From positions 5,405 to 69,404 of the forward strand of contig JASFYO010000019.1 in the NCBI GenBank assembly GCA_045047305.1: a stretch of 64,000 nucleotides of DNA. The letters are read 5' to 3'. Position 1 is the stretch's first letter, and the number at the start of each line of letters is the position of its first letter. The notes under the pieces are model-generated. The model was given only the letters and a program-made list of their open reading frames with translations. It made no database searches and was not told the DNA's origin. The position numbers were made by a program, and so were the translations under genes. Positions 38,937-49,624 of the stretch are shown here, one piece after another. Source of the stretch: Planctomycetota bacterium (GTDB lineage: Bacteria; Planctomycetota; UBA1135).

Positions 38937-40009
38937 TGGCACGTCGGAAAGCTAGAAAGAAAAAGAACATCGCAGGTAGCGGCCGGGGAAAACCAAAAAT
39001 TTCCAAGCGCGCAAAACGTGTCGCGCATGGATTTGTTGCAGCAAGCAAATCGGCGGACACTTCGGTGGCGTCGGAACGCGGCGGCATTGATGAGGTCTCG
39101 GAAAAGGGCGTGCGCCTCAATCGATGGCTGGCGGAGCAAGGCGTGGATTCTCGTCGCAAATGCGATGAAAAGATTTTCGCCGGCGAAGTGATGGTGAATG
39201 GGAGTATCGTCGATGCCCCTGGTTACCGTGTGCAGCCAGAAGATGAGGTCTCGGTGAATGGCGCGCGAATTAAAATCAGCCGTCGCCTTTACTACCTCTT
39301 TTACAAGCCGCGTGGTGTCTTGTGCACCAATGATCCGCGTGAGACTCGTACCCGTTTGTGCGACTTAGTCGATTCCATGGTTCCAAGCCGTGTGTATCCA
39401 ATTGGGCGATTAGACGAAGATTCCGAAGGTTTAATCCTGTTGACCAACGATGGCGATTTTTCCAACCTGATTGCGCACCCGAGTTTTGGTGTGCAAAAAA
39501 CATATGTCTGTCAAGTTAACTCAGCAGTTGCAGGCGAGGATTTGGAGCGGCTCAAGGGTGGCGCTTGGGTGGATGGCGTCAAGGTGATTCCTAAAAGCGT
39601 GAAGATTATCCGCAAGCTGCCGAAGAGCACCATGATGGAGATTAGTATTCGCGAAGGTCGCAACCGCGAGATTCGCCGCTTGTTGGCGCGATTTGGGTTT
39701 GGTGTTCAGCGTTTGAAACGAGTGCGTATCGGATCGTTGAGTGTCAAAGGAGTGAAGAAAGGAATGTTGCGCCCACTGTCACGCATCGAGCGCGATGCTT
39801 TGGTGGAGGACGCTCGTCGTGAAAATGAAGACGACACCTTGCTTCCAGATCCTAAGTACGCACCAAAGCGTCCGAACAAAGCACCGAAGATGGCGCAACA
39901 TGGCGGGCCAGAGCGTTTCAGCAAAAATGTGAAAGGTAGCTTTAAGCGGATGCCAAAGAGGTCATCGAAGAAAGATGGACCAAAGAAGGGAGGGGCTCCT
40001 TTTGCTTAA
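38936..40009 (+). CDS. rRNA pseudouridine synthase (RsuA/RluB family)
   Basis: S4 domain RLNRWLAEQGVDSRR, IGRLDEDSEGLILLTNDG and EGRNREIRR. Basic terminal extensions. Confidence 0.92.
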   Translation: MARRKARKKKNIAGSGRGKPKISKRAKRVAHGFVAASKSADTSVASERGGIDEVSEKGVRLNRWLAEQGVDSRRKCDEKIFAGEVMVNGSIVDAPGYRVQPEDEVSVNGARIKISRRLYYLFYKPRGVLCTNDPRETRTRLCDLVDSMVPSRVYPIGRLDEDSEGLILLTNDGDFSNLIAHPSFGVQKTYVCQVNSAVAGEDLERLKGGAWVDGVKVIPKSVKIIRKLPKSTMMEISIREGRNREIRRLLARFGFGVQRLKRVRIGSLSVKGVKKGMLRPLSRIERDALVEDARRENEDDTLLPDPKYAPKRPNKAPKMAQHGGPERFSKNVKGSFKRMPKRSSKKDGPKKGGAPFA

Positions 40010-41399
40010 GTTCGAATGCACTCTGCGGGACCCAGTGCATGGCGACATCCCATTGACTCGGGAAGAGATGGGAATCCTAGACACCAAAGAGATGCAGCGT
40101 TTGCGCAACGTGCGTCAATTGGGTGCCGCTTATTTGATTTACCCTGGTGCGCAGCATGCGCGCTTTGAGCATTCCGTTGGCACCGCACATCTTGCAACTA
40201 AGATGGCGGCTTCGATTAACCAGGTGCGCGACCAACAAAACGATGGTCGTCTCGATGGTTTTGACGACCACGGCTTACGCATTATTCGTCTCGCTGCACT
40301 CGTTCACGATGCAACCCATCTACCTTTTGGTCATAACATTGAAGATCAAACTGGATTGTTGCCACGCCACGATACGCCGAGTCGTTTCGAGAACATGTTC
40401 TCCGACTCCACCGAGCTTGGCCGTGCCTTACGTGACACCGGCGCACGCGACGATGTGTTGTCCATTCTCGCGCCGGAGCTGATTGCAGAAAATCGTCGCG
40501 TTCCAGAATTCTGGGGTGGCTTAGTGAGTGGCACCATCGATGCCGACATGCTGGATTACCTTGCTCGCGACGCCATGTTTACTGGCTTGAAGATCGAGTA
40601 CGACCCGCGCATCTTCAATGTCTTCCGCGTCGATCGCCGTAGCCAACAACTTTTCGTTGATCTTGGTCGTCAGGGATATCTAAAGGAGGCGGTGCTGAGC
40701 GAGATTATTCGCTGTCTCGAAGCGCGCTATTACTTCTCGGAACGGGTTTACTACCATCACGCCAAAATCGCAGCCGGATCCTTGGTTGCCAAGGCGGTAG
40801 AGATTGTGTTGCTGGAGAAGGCCGTCACCTTCGAGCAGCTGCAAGAATCTACAGATGCCGGTCTTTTTGGCCTGCTGGAACGCGCAGAAATTGCAGATCC
40901 CGCCCGTCGGGCTCAACTCGATATGTATTTATCAGCCCTTTCACGTCGGGTTTTGCCCAAGCGAGCTGCGGTCTACCCGGTTTATGCCAATCAGGAGATT
41001 CAACAGAGTCTCATCGACCGCTTTTTTGGCTCTGGTTCTGCTGAGCATCGCCGCGCCACCGAGCGCAAAATGTCAGAGGCTTTGGAGAAGAAGGCCGGGC
41101 GCAAGATCCCTGTGATGCTGTACTGTCCGGCTGGTCACATGCAGCTGAAACAAGCAAAAATGCTTGTGCATTGGCCGGGAGCTCAAGGTTTGGCTCCGCT
41201 TGCCGATTATGCGGATGAGGTTCCACGTTTGCGCGACCTGGAACAGAGCTATACGCGGGGGTGGAAATTCTATGTTCATGTACTTAGTAACGACCCCGAA
41301 GAATTGTTGGCAGCGCAACAAGTGTGTGCCGATTTCTTCCCCGAGGCGACTAATGTTTTGGCCCCTCCGAAGGGCGCGACCAGCCGTCATTTTCTGTAA
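40002..41399 (+). CDS. HD-domain phosphohydrolase (SAMHD1/dNTPase-like)
   Basis: RDPVHG, QRLR.VRQLG, RFEHSVG, HDATHLPFGH and DADMLDYLARD. TTG start after GGAGG. Confidence 0.88.
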   Translation: MLKFECTLRDPVHGDIPLTREEMGILDTKEMQRLRNVRQLGAAYLIYPGAQHARFEHSVGTAHLATKMAASINQVRDQQNDGRLDGFDDHGLRIIRLAALVHDATHLPFGHNIEDQTGLLPRHDTPSRFENMFSDSTELGRALRDTGARDDVLSILAPELIAENRRVPEFWGGLVSGTIDADMLDYLARDAMFTGLKIEYDPRIFNVFRVDRRSQQLFVDLGRQGYLKEAVLSEIIRCLEARYYFSERVYYHHAKIAAGSLVAKAVEIVLLEKAVTFEQLQESTDAGLFGLLERAEIADPARRAQLDMYLSALSRRVLPKRAAVYPVYANQEIQQSLIDRFFGSGSAEHRRATERKMSEALEKKAGRKIPVMLYCPAGHMQLKQAKMLVHWPGAQGLAPLADYADEVPRLRDLEQSYTRGWKFYVHVLSNDPEELLAAQQVCADFFPEATNVLAPPKGATSRHFL

Positions 41400-41473
41400 C
41401 GGTTCCTTGAATCCCACCTACAATGAAGGACACCTCATTGGTCCTGTCCTGGCCAATCCCGTCCCCTGAGGAA

Positions 41474-42295
41474 ATGATTCGAACCCTAATCCTTGCCCTC
41501 GGCTCCATACTTATGTTTGGTGCCGTCCAAGCCTCTCCGGATTTCCTCCGAGACCGTGGCACACTGTCCTTGTCTGCCGCCGAAAGCGTTGTTTTCCTTG
41601 GCATCGCAGGGGATTATTCGGAAGTAAACGCCGACGACCTCGCCATCCGCCTCTCAGGCGAATTGGATTTGGTATTCGTTGGTGATTCCATTCGCGCGAT
41701 GGCCGATCGTTCACGCCGCGTTTGGGCCGTGCGCACGGGTGAGCCGAAAAAGGTTGTAAAGAAGTTGAAGAAGCCGCTGAAAAAGCTCGGTTTCAAAGTG
41801 ACAAAGTTGCAAGTCACTGTGGTGCAACCACTAAGGAACGATGCCAGGGCCATGCGCAGCGCCTCCCGGGTTATTGAAGGCGACAAAAAGGTATGGACCG
41901 TATGGGCCGACCGCCGTTCTCCAGGGGTTTGGATCTTTCACGAGTCAAAGCTGAGCGGCAAGAAGATTGAAGGTATGTTTCGCAAAACGGATGCCAAGGT
42001 GGCTTTCTACCACCAGGAATTTGAGTTTTCGACCAACCAAGGTGCCGACCTCCCGGCACTCACTGCGGCAGCCGAGGAAAATCTCGATTCGCTGAAGGTG
42101 TGCGTACGTGAGGACCACCTAGTCCTGGACCTATTCCTGCGCGATATCGATTCCATGCTTTTGCTGGAAAACGAAAAGCACACCAAGCAGTTTCTGTGCC
42201 CCGATATTGTGAATCCATTTTTGGGAACCAGTGCTGTGGCTAGCCTCGATTGGGCGGTCACGCTTGAGAACACCGGCTTTCCCTTCGTGAACTAA
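41474..42295 (+). CDS. Hypothetical exported protein
   Basis: Signal peptide MIRTLILALGSILMFGAVQA, with upstream TACAAT. No family recognised. Confidence 0.6.
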   Translation: MIRTLILALGSILMFGAVQASPDFLRDRGTLSLSAAESVVFLGIAGDYSEVNADDLAIRLSGELDLVFVGDSIRAMADRSRRVWAVRTGEPKKVVKKLKKPLKKLGFKVTKLQVTVVQPLRNDARAMRSASRVIEGDKKVWTVWADRRSPGVWIFHESKLSGKKIEGMFRKTDAKVAFYHQEFEFSTNQGADLPALTAAAEENLDSLKVCVREDHLVLDLFLRDIDSMLLLENEKHTKQFLCPDIVNPFLGTSAVASLDWAVTLENTGFPFVN

Positions 42296-42512
42296 TTGCG
42301 GCGTCTCTGTGTTCCGAAAATTAGGGGCAACTTTCAATTTGGTTTTTGAAAAAGTGCACTAACCCGGAGAGGTTAGGTGGGTAAATAGAGGCGTGGAAAC
42401 TATCGCGACACCATCCTTCGCCTCCGCAACACCAGGGCCTTTGCCTGGATCGTTGCCAGTCTTTCGATTTGAGCCTTCACCCTGTAGATTAAAACAGATT
42501 TCCCTTTTATAT

Positions 42513-43721
42513 TTAGGCTAATCCAGCCAATCGCGCAGCAATGCGGCTTAAGGATTCACGCAGGATATCTTCCGAGGTAGCAAAGGATATGCGGAAACTA
42601 TTCGGTGCTCCAAATGCACTTCCGCCAATGCAGGCAACGCGATCCGCTTCGAGCAGAAGTTCTGCGAAGTCATCTCCAGATTGGATGGTCCTTCCACTTT
42701 CCGCATCGGTTTTGCCAAGGATTTTTTGGATCCCGATAAAGGCGTAGAAAGCCCCTTCTGGCCGTGGGCAGTCCACTTGCGGCATATCTTGGATGGCGGT
42801 GAACACTAAGTCGCAGCGCCGCTCGAATTCTTTTCGCATGGTTTCGCGGTCAGTATCAGCGTTTTCAATTGCCGCAAGTGAGGCAAGTTGTGCGATGGCA
42901 TTGGGGGAACCCGCAAGTTGGCTTTGTACTGTTGCGATGCGATCTACCAAATCTGTGGGGCCGGCAAGAAAACCCATACGCCAGCCAGTCATGGCATAGG
43001 CTTTACTCATGCCGCCAATCCACACGCTGGTCTCGCGCAAGGATGGAACTAAAGCAAGTGGTGATCGGTGCTTGGCGTCGCCATAGGTGAGGCCGCAGTA
43101 AATTTCATCGGAAATGACTCGCACTCCGTGTTCAGCGGCCCATTCTCCTATCGCGCTTAGGGTGGCCTCGGGATAAACCACACCGGTAGGATTGCTCGGC
43201 GAGTTCAACAGGATGGCCGCAGTCTTTTGGGTGCGAGCCTTTTCCAAATCCGCCACCTCGGGTAAATGGCCAGGACCGCAAGGGACCATGATGGGCACTC
43301 CCTGCACCAGCTTCACCATCTCTGGATAGGAGGTCCAGCACGGCGTGGGTAGCAAAACCTCGTTGCCAGCTTCTACCATCACCATCAAGGCTTGCGCGAT
43401 GGCAATCTTGGCCCCATTGGTCACCACGATTTGTTGCGCAGAGTATTCCAGGCCGTGTTCGCGTTTTAGTTGGCTCGCGACAGCCTCGCGCAGGCTCAGA
43501 AGCCCAGCCGCAGGGGTGTAGCGACCTTGGCCGTCGCGAATGGCTCGGATGCCAGCCTCTTCAGCGCAAGCGGGAGGCGTGAAGTCCGGCTCTCCTGCAG
43601 TGAGGTCGAGGATTTCAATGCCTTTGCCGACCAATTGCTTGACTCGGGCAAACATAACCAAGGTGGCAGAAGGCTCAAGAGAGGCTGCGCGTTGGGCAAA
43701 TGGATGGGGTAAGGAGGACAT
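42513..43721 (-). CDS. Class I PLP-dependent aminotransferase (aspartate aminotransferase-like)
   Basis: GEPDF, NSPSNPTG, SDEIY and SKAYAMTGWRMG. Confidence 0.93.
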   Translation of the reverse strand: MSSLPHPFAQRAASLEPSATLVMFARVKQLVGKGIEILDLTAGEPDFTPPACAEEAGIRAIRDGQGRYTPAAGLLSLREAVASQLKREHGLEYSAQQIVVTNGAKIAIAQALMVMVEAGNEVLLPTPCWTSYPEMVKLVQGVPIMVPCGPGHLPEVADLEKARTQKTAAILLNSPSNPTGVVYPEATLSAIGEWAAEHGVRVISDEIYCGLTYGDAKHRSPLALVPSLRETSVWIGGMSKAYAMTGWRMGFLAGPTDLVDRIATVQSQLAGSPNAIAQLASLAAIENADTDRETMRKEFERRCDLVFTAIQDMPQVDCPRPEGAFYAFIGIQKILGKTDAESGRTIQSGDDFAELLLEADRVACIGGSAFGAPNSFRISFATSEDILRESLSRIAARLAGLA

Positions 43722-43793
43722 CGGGCAAGGTTCAAGGTTGACGCCGGGGCGTGGGGACGGAATTCTACTCTCCGAGCGTCTCAAAGAACTGCC

Positions 43794-45848
43794 ATGCCTG
43801 AAATCGGAATCTTAGATCGGCTGCGCGAATTCGTCCGCAGCCGACGTTTCATGTGGATCATCACCATCGTTTTTGCGGTGGTGCTATTCCTCTATATGCT
43901 TTTTGTCACCCTGATCTTCAATCCATTTGAAGCCAAGCTTGGCGACACAGCGACCATTGTGCCGGCGCAGGTGGATTATTTCATTCGCTGGGGCAAAGCT
44001 GGCGAGCAGTTTGCTGAATTCCCAGAACCGAAGGCTTGGTCCTATGTAGAAGACAGCCCGAGTTACAAGGAGGCGATGTCTTCTGGCGCCATGCGCGAAC
44101 TTGGAGCGAGTACCGGTGTGACTGGAATGTTGGCGGAGCTCGGCAACATCTCTCAGTATCTTCCGATTGGCCTTTCGCTTAAGGAGGATTTTCTAGGCGA
44201 GGTGGTGATTGCAGGCAAAGGCGAAATGCACTTTGATAGTCGCTTCGAAGGCATGGTGATGCTGCGCGGTTCAAGCAAAGTCAAAATGGGCGTGGCCATG
44301 CTTGGTTTTGGTTTTGTACGCGAGAAACTTCCTGAGGGCGTGCAAGTTGAGGAATTGGACGACGGCATCTATAAGATTCCACAGTTCGAACCATTCGGCT
44401 TTCAAGATGCGTACCTCGGTCGGGTGCAGGACATCATTATTCTCTCGAGCCGCTTGGAAATGATTGGGGAGGCGCGTGACTTAAACTTGCGTTCTGGTCA
44501 AGATTCTTTGGCGCAAGCGTCGAATTTTCGTGATAATGTGACCGCCTTCCTGGGTCCCGACGAACACCCCATCGAAACTTTTTTCCGTTGGGATAAAATT
44601 GGCCCGCAGGTTGGGCGCTGGCCTGATCCAAATAGCCAGAGCCTGGGCTCGCGTTTTATTGGCCGATTGTTCCATACTGGTCTTCTGCGTTACCTCTCGG
44701 GCTACATGGAGTTGGGGCAGAAAATGGAACTGCGCATGTCCGGCGACTTGGACTTGAGTGCTGCCGATTCTTTCACTTCGTCTTGGCTTGAAGGTGCAGG
44801 AGTTGGTGCGCAGCGGATGAAAGACTTTGCCTCGATGACTCCAGCAAACAGTTTTTCATTTACCGCGATTGGCGGAGATCCAGGCAAGGTTTTGTTGGAA
44901 GCCTATGACCTAACAGCGAGTGACTTGCGCCGTTCCATCGATGAGGCGGTGGCGCAGAGTGGGCAGTACCAAGGTATGACCCATTTGCTGCGCGAGATTG
45001 GTGGAATTTATAAGCCGGGTATCGCGGTGATCATGAGCGAATACATTCCTCCGAAGAAATCGCAAGCGGGTGAAGAAGATAATGCGCCAGCGCACGATAA
45101 CACCCCAGTCCCATTTTTTGCTGTCATGGGAAAAGTGCGCGACATGGATGCATACCATCGGGTATTCGATTACCTAAAGCAGAACTGGACCGAATTTACC
45201 GGGCGTCGAGAGGATCCAATTCAGACAGTGCGTTTTAACAGTGGAGCAACCGCCACTAGTTTTGTTTCACGCGTGGTGCCGGGTACTGGAGAAATCGTTT
45301 TACTCTACATTCCAACTCTGGAAACGCTGATTCTCACCAACTCCGCAGACTTTGCTCAAACCATGAATGACACGGCATTCGTGGAGAGACGTAGTGCAGA
45401 AGCTAAGCGTCGGCAATTGTTACACCAAAAGGGTTTCGTTACAGCATTGGCAGGCAGCAGCAATGGTGCACATTTGTTTATGTGGGTCGACCCAGGGCAA
45501 GCGCGCAAATGGTTGGAGTTGAATGCGATTGCGTCTGCGGAAGAATCCTTCCGTCAAGAGAAGGAGGCAGCCTGGAGGACCCTGCGTCCGCAAGAGGAAA
45601 AACGCCTGCGCGAGAAAATGTTCGATGGTCGCACCGACCTGAACGGAGTGGAGGAAGGCCAGTTGCTTGATGCGGTCGATGAAGCGTTGCTAAGCGCTGA
45701 CACTGGATCGGGCCAGCGGGTGCCGGTCATCGCTGAGGCAAACCGTCACGCATGGCAGCCGTTTCAAGTGATGGACTGGTTCTCCTTTGGCCTCCGCGTA
45801 AGCCGACGCCATGTCGAGGTCGTCGTTCAGGCGGAACTCGGCGGTTAG
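43794..45848 (+). CDS. Hypothetical membrane-anchored extracytoplasmic protein
   Basis: Single N-terminal TM in a 684-aa ORF with mixed alpha/beta pattern. No family assigned. Confidence 0.65.
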   Translation: MPEIGILDRLREFVRSRRFMWIITIVFAVVLFLYMLFVTLIFNPFEAKLGDTATIVPAQVDYFIRWGKAGEQFAEFPEPKAWSYVEDSPSYKEAMSSGAMRELGASTGVTGMLAELGNISQYLPIGLSLKEDFLGEVVIAGKGEMHFDSRFEGMVMLRGSSKVKMGVAMLGFGFVREKLPEGVQVEELDDGIYKIPQFEPFGFQDAYLGRVQDIIILSSRLEMIGEARDLNLRSGQDSLAQASNFRDNVTAFLGPDEHPIETFFRWDKIGPQVGRWPDPNSQSLGSRFIGRLFHTGLLRYLSGYMELGQKMELRMSGDLDLSAADSFTSSWLEGAGVGAQRMKDFASMTPANSFSFTAIGGDPGKVLLEAYDLTASDLRRSIDEAVAQSGQYQGMTHLLREIGGIYKPGIAVIMSEYIPPKKSQAGEEDNAPAHDNTPVPFFAVMGKVRDMDAYHRVFDYLKQNWTEFTGRREDPIQTVRFNSGATATSFVSRVVPGTGEIVLLYIPTLETLILTNSADFAQTMNDTAFVERRSAEAKRRQLLHQKGFVTALAGSSNGAHLFMWVDPGQARKWLELNAIASAEESFRQEKEAAWRTLRPQEEKRLREKMFDGRTDLNGVEEGQLLDAVDEALLSADTGSGQRVPVIAEANRHAWQPFQVMDWFSFGLRVSRRHVEVVVQAELGG

Positions 45849-45927
45849 ATTTCTGCTTGTGTGCATTTTTGTCGAGCTAGGGCTGTACAGGAACGAGGGG
45901 AGGGCTAGAATTTCCCCTCGCAACCCA

Positions 45928-46016
45928 GCCGGGGTGGCGGAATTGGCAGACGCGCATGGTTGAGGGCCATGTTGGGTTAATACCCAGTGCAGGTTCGACT
46001 CCTGTTCCCGGCACCA
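45928..46016 (+). tRNA. tRNA-Leu(GAG)
   Basis: Acceptor GCCGGGG/TCCCGGC, anticodon arm CATGG-TTGAGGG-CCATG, long variable arm, GGTTCGACTCC T-arm, encoded CCA, upstream TAGAAT. Confidence 0.95.
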
Positions 46017-46020
46017 AATC

Positions 46021-46051
46021 ACGAGTCACCTTCGGGTGGCTCGTTTTTTTT
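46021..46051 (+). terminator. Intrinsic terminator after tRNA-Leu
   Basis: ACGAGTCACC-TTCG-GGTGGCTCGT followed by a T run. Confidence 0.85.
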
Positions 46052-46111
46052 GGCACCCGGCTGCCCCCTCGGCCCGGGAGTAATTTTCAAGCCCTGCTAA
46101 AATCCAGAACC

Positions 46112-46987
46112 ATGCCTAGCCCAAAACTTAGCGTCCAAACCACCACCCTTTGGGAATACCCTTCGCAGCATTATGGCGATGGGGAGCAAGGGAGTCAGGA
46201 TTATCGTGGCGCAACGCCGTCCTACATCATCTGGAATCTGCTGCAGCGCTACACCAAAAAGAATGATTTGGTGGTCGATCCTTTCTGCGGCAGTGGCACC
46301 ACACTTGATGTTGCCGCCGACATGAAGCGCAAAGGGTTGGGCTACGATTTGCAGCCGCATCATGAACGCGTGATTCGAGCCGATGCGCGCGACTTGCCGC
46401 TGGAAAACAACAAAGCGGACTTCGTGTTTATGGACCCGCCTTATGGCGACAACTTGACTTACTCTGGATTGCCTGAGTGTATCGGTGAAATTCCGGCAAC
46501 CGATCCACGTTACTTTGAAGCCTTTGAGCAAGTGTTCTCAGAGGTGGACCGCATTTTGCGTCCCGGGCGTTATATGGCAGTTTACGTTTCGGATATTTGG
46601 AAGAGCAGCGCCTTTGTTCCACTTGGGAGCATTCTTTCTGAAATGCTTGCGCAGCGATTTTTGCCGGTGGATCACATTGCGGTGGTTCGCGGAAATAAGG
46701 ATTTAGAGAAAGGGAATTACCACAAGTCAGCCGAGGAGGAAAAGTTCTTCCTGCGCGGCTTCAATCACTTGTTGATTTTCAAGAAACCGGAAGCCGGGGA
46801 AGTGCGCCGCGCCAGAGTGGAAGGCAAAGTCCGTCAGCGCAAAGAGTCCCGCGAAATGGGTGACCCGAAGCGTGAAGATGGACGCGGCGGCGGATCACGC
46901 CAAGGTGGCGGAGGAAATCGAGGACGTCGTTCAGGCGGTGGCGGAAGTCGTGGCAGTGGCGGTGGTCCTTGGAAGGGCGGCCGCTAA
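46112..46987 (+). CDS. SAM-dependent amino-methyltransferase (N6/N4 DNA MTase or Trm11-like) with Gly/Arg-rich tail
   Basis: DPFCGSGTT (motif I) precedes DPPY (motif IV). C-terminal GGGSRQGGGGNRGRRSGGGG. Confidence 0.85.
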   Translation: MPSPKLSVQTTTLWEYPSQHYGDGEQGSQDYRGATPSYIIWNLLQRYTKKNDLVVDPFCGSGTTLDVAADMKRKGLGYDLQPHHERVIRADARDLPLENNKADFVFMDPPYGDNLTYSGLPECIGEIPATDPRYFEAFEQVFSEVDRILRPGRYMAVYVSDIWKSSAFVPLGSILSEMLAQRFLPVDHIAVVRGNKDLEKGNYHKSAEEEKFFLRGFNHLLIFKKPEAGEVRRARVEGKVRQRKESREMGDPKREDGRGGGSRQGGGGNRGRRSGGGGSRGSGGGPWKGGR

Positions 46988-47002
46988 ATGTAGACCGTTC
47001 GA

Positions 47003-47974
47003 CTAATGCTTTACACGTAATCGTGTGAGCAGAGGCAAGTGATCGGAGCCGATTCCAGATTGCGGCTTGCAAAAAACGATGCCGACTTCTTGCGTAACCA
47101 AAACATGGTCAATAGGGACTCCCAATGGTGGGAAGAAGGTTGGCCAAGTTGGTTTCCATCCGTGCAGCGCGGATCGTAGCGATGCCGTTTTACAAGTTTG
47201 CTTGAAGATATGCGACCAGGGTGTCGTGTTAAGGTCGCCGAGCAAAACAGCAGGGCCGGTCTTCGCTGTGAGATAATCTGCAATCGCATGGAGTTGGGCA
47301 TCTCGTTTGGCGACAAAATGTTTGCGCATCGGGGGCATCGGATGGGTCGCGATTAGGAGTAACGGCTTCTCCGTTCTCGTGGTAGCCAAAATTGAAGGGT
47401 GACCGGTCTCGGCAAAATCGCGCTCCTCAAAATCCATAGGGACCCGACTCCAAATCAGGATGCCAAAATATCCCTGATCCGCGAAGGTCATTTGATAGGG
47501 GTACTCCGCCTTGAGGTGGCTCAACGCTTGGACCCATTTTGCATTGATCTCGATGAGTGAGAATACATCGGGCTTTTGCTCTTCAATCATCGCAACCAGG
47601 CTTTCCATATCTTGGTTGGTGAGATGGACGTTCGCGCTGAGAATCGTGAGATCACATTCTTCAGGGGCTACCGTTAAAGTGTCTGCAAAGAGGAAGCTCA
47701 GGCTGAGAGCTTGGGCGGTGACGGTAGATGCGAGTGCAATTGCAAGCACGCGCTCTCGTTGCCACAGGAGAAGCAGTACTCCGGCGAGGCTAACAATAAA
47801 TATCTGCGGTCGGAAGTGAGTCGTAAGCTCTAACCACCAAGGCAACCCTGGGAAAAAGGTGAGACTCGAAAGTGCAATCAGTGCAACTGCTGAGACTCGT
47901 TTGAGCCGCCGACGGTTTAGAAGAGATTGTTTGATGCCAAAGAATAGCTTAAGCCAAGGCGTCGTCCGCAACAT
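47003..47974 (-). CDS. Membrane-anchored endonuclease/exonuclease/phosphatase (EEP) family protein
   Basis: N-terminal TMs, [17 protein letters not shown] and GSDH. Start uncertain. Confidence 0.85.
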   Translation of the reverse strand: MLRTTPWLKLFFGIKQSLLNRRRLKRVSAVALIALSSLTFFPGLPWWLELTTHFRPQIFIVSLAGVLLLLWQRERVLAIALASTVTAQALSLSFLFADTLTVAPEECDLTILSANVHLTNQDMESLVAMIEEQKPDVFSLIEINAKWVQALSHLKAEYPYQMTFADQGYFGILIWSRVPMDFEERDFAETGHPSILATTRTEKPLLLIATHPMPPMRKHFVAKRDAQLHAIADYLTAKTGPAVLLGDLNTTPWSHIFKQTCKTASLRSALHGWKPTWPTFFPPLGVPIDHVLVTQEVGIVFCKPQSGIGSDHLPLLTRLRVKH

Positions 47975-49505
47975 GATAGTGCGGATCTTCCAACACATTA
48001 ATCTCGATCAAGCTACCGGCTTTGCCCAGTAGGTCTTTGCAGTCAGGGCTTAGGTGGCGCAGGTGCAGCTTTTTGCCAGCCTTGATGTAGCGTTCGGCAA
48101 GAGAATCAATCGCTTCTATTGCAGAGTGATCGGAAACGCGAGCGTGCTCGAATTCAACAATGATGTCCTCCGGATCGCCTTTTGGATCAAAGAGTTCGCT
48201 GAAACTTTTGGTCGACCCAAAGAATAGCGGGCCACGAATGGAGTACACCTTAGAGCCACCTTTTTCGATGTGGGTGACTGCGTGAATTATTTTGGCATGC
48301 TTCCAGGCAAACACCAAAGCTGACACCATCACTCCGACGAAAACTGCCATGGCTAGGTCGGTCACCACGGTTACCCCGGAAACTAAAATGATAACGAAGG
48401 CGTCGGACATGGGGATTTTGGTCATCACGCGCAGGCTCGACCAGGCAAAGGTTCCAATCACCACCATGAACATGACGCCGACTAATGCAGCGACCGGGAC
48501 CACTTCAATCAAGGGTGACGCAATCAACACGAAGGCAAGCAACACCACTGCGGCGGTGATTCCGGAAACGCGCCCACGTCCGCCGGAGTTAATGTTGATC
48601 ATGCTTTGACCAATCATCGCGCAGCCACCCATGCCGCCGAACAAACCACACGTTACGTTCGCTACTCCTTGTGCCACACATTCTTTGTTGCCGCGGCCAC
48701 GAGTCTCGGTGAGTTCATCGACCAGGGTTAAGGTAAGCAAAGACTCAATCAGGCCGACGGCCGCCAGAATGATGGAGTAGGGCAAGATGATCCACAGCGT
48801 TTCCATGTTGAATGGAACCGCAGGGATGGAGAAGGATGGCAAGGTGCCGGCAAGGGTCGCCCCTTCATCGCCAGTCATGGAACGCAGATAATCCACAATC
48901 GATGGCGAGTCTAAGCCGAGGCCCATGACCACTAAAGTAATCCCGACAATCGCAACTAGAGAAGATGGCACTGCTTTGGTGAACTTCGGCAAGAAGTGAA
49001 TGATGGCCATGGTGGCGGCGACCAAGCCGAGCATGGTGAACATTTGCGAACCCGCCATCCATTGCATTTCACCACTTGCACCAAGCGTTTTGAACTGACC
49101 TAATTGCGCAAGGAAAATCACGATCGCCAATCCGTTGACGAAACCCAACATAACTGGGTGCGGAACCATGCGAATGAATTTTCCTAAGCGGAAAACACCA
49201 GCCGCTCCTTGAATGAGTCCCATGAGGAGTACGGCAGCAAACATGTACTCCACTCCATGTTCGGCAACCAAGGCCACAAGCACCACGGCGATGGCGCCAG
49301 TTGCTCCAGAGATCATGCCTGGGCGGCCACCCAAGACTGCGGTGATCAAGCCAACCATGAAGGCGGCATGTAGGCCCACAATCGGGTCGACGCCAGCCAC
49401 AAACGCAAATGCCACTGCTTCTGGGACCAATGCCAAAGCCACGGTGAGGCCTGACAGTATGTCGTTTTTAAGGTTGAAGCGTGGGCTTGGATTGAGTTCA
49501 AACAT
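47949..49505 (-). CDS. SulP family anion permease with STAS domain
   Basis: [36 protein letters not shown] and GPLFFGS. Confidence 0.93.
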   Translation of the reverse strand: MFELNPSPRFNLKNDILSGLTVALALVPEAVAFAFVAGVDPIVGLHAAFMVGLITAVLGGRPGMISGATGAIAVVLVALVAEHGVEYMFAAVLLMGLIQGAAGVFRLGKFIRMVPHPVMLGFVNGLAIVIFLAQLGQFKTLGASGEMQWMAGSQMFTMLGLVAATMAIIHFLPKFTKAVPSSLVAIVGITLVVMGLGLDSPSIVDYLRSMTGDEGATLAGTLPSFSIPAVPFNMETLWIILPYSIILAAVGLIESLLTLTLVDELTETRGRGNKECVAQGVANVTCGLFGGMGGCAMIGQSMININSGGRGRVSGITAAVVLLAFVLIASPLIEVVPVAALVGVMFMVVIGTFAWSSLRVMTKIPMSDAFVIILVSGVTVVTDLAMAVFVGVMVSALVFAWKHAKIIHAVTHIEKGGSKVYSIRGPLFFGSTKSFSELFDPKGDPEDIIVEFEHARVSDHSAIEAIDSLAERYIKAGKKLHLRHLSPDCKDLLGKAGSLIEINVLEDPHYHVADDALA

Positions 49506-49624
49506 GGTGTCGGAGTGCCCCAATCAAGGATTTGGGCGCAACACCTTAGCTGTTAAATCGATAGGGTCAATCACAATCCGAATTCCTTCACCGGGTGGCG
49601 CAATGGGCCATGCTTAGGGCTAGT

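Noticed and set aside
40002-41399. HD protein as an anti-phage dNTPase
   Set aside because: It overlaps the end of the pseudouridine synthase gene in a housekeeping run, with no defence genes nearby.
46875-46987. GGC-rich repetitive DNA as a tandem repeat or CRISPR-like array
   Set aside because: Explained by Gly codons of the methyltransferase tail. No repeat-spacer structure was seen anywhere in the window.
45928-47003. tRNA-Leu as the integration site of a genomic island
   Set aside because: No integrase and no duplicated tRNA 3' end was noticed. The flanking genes look chromosomal.
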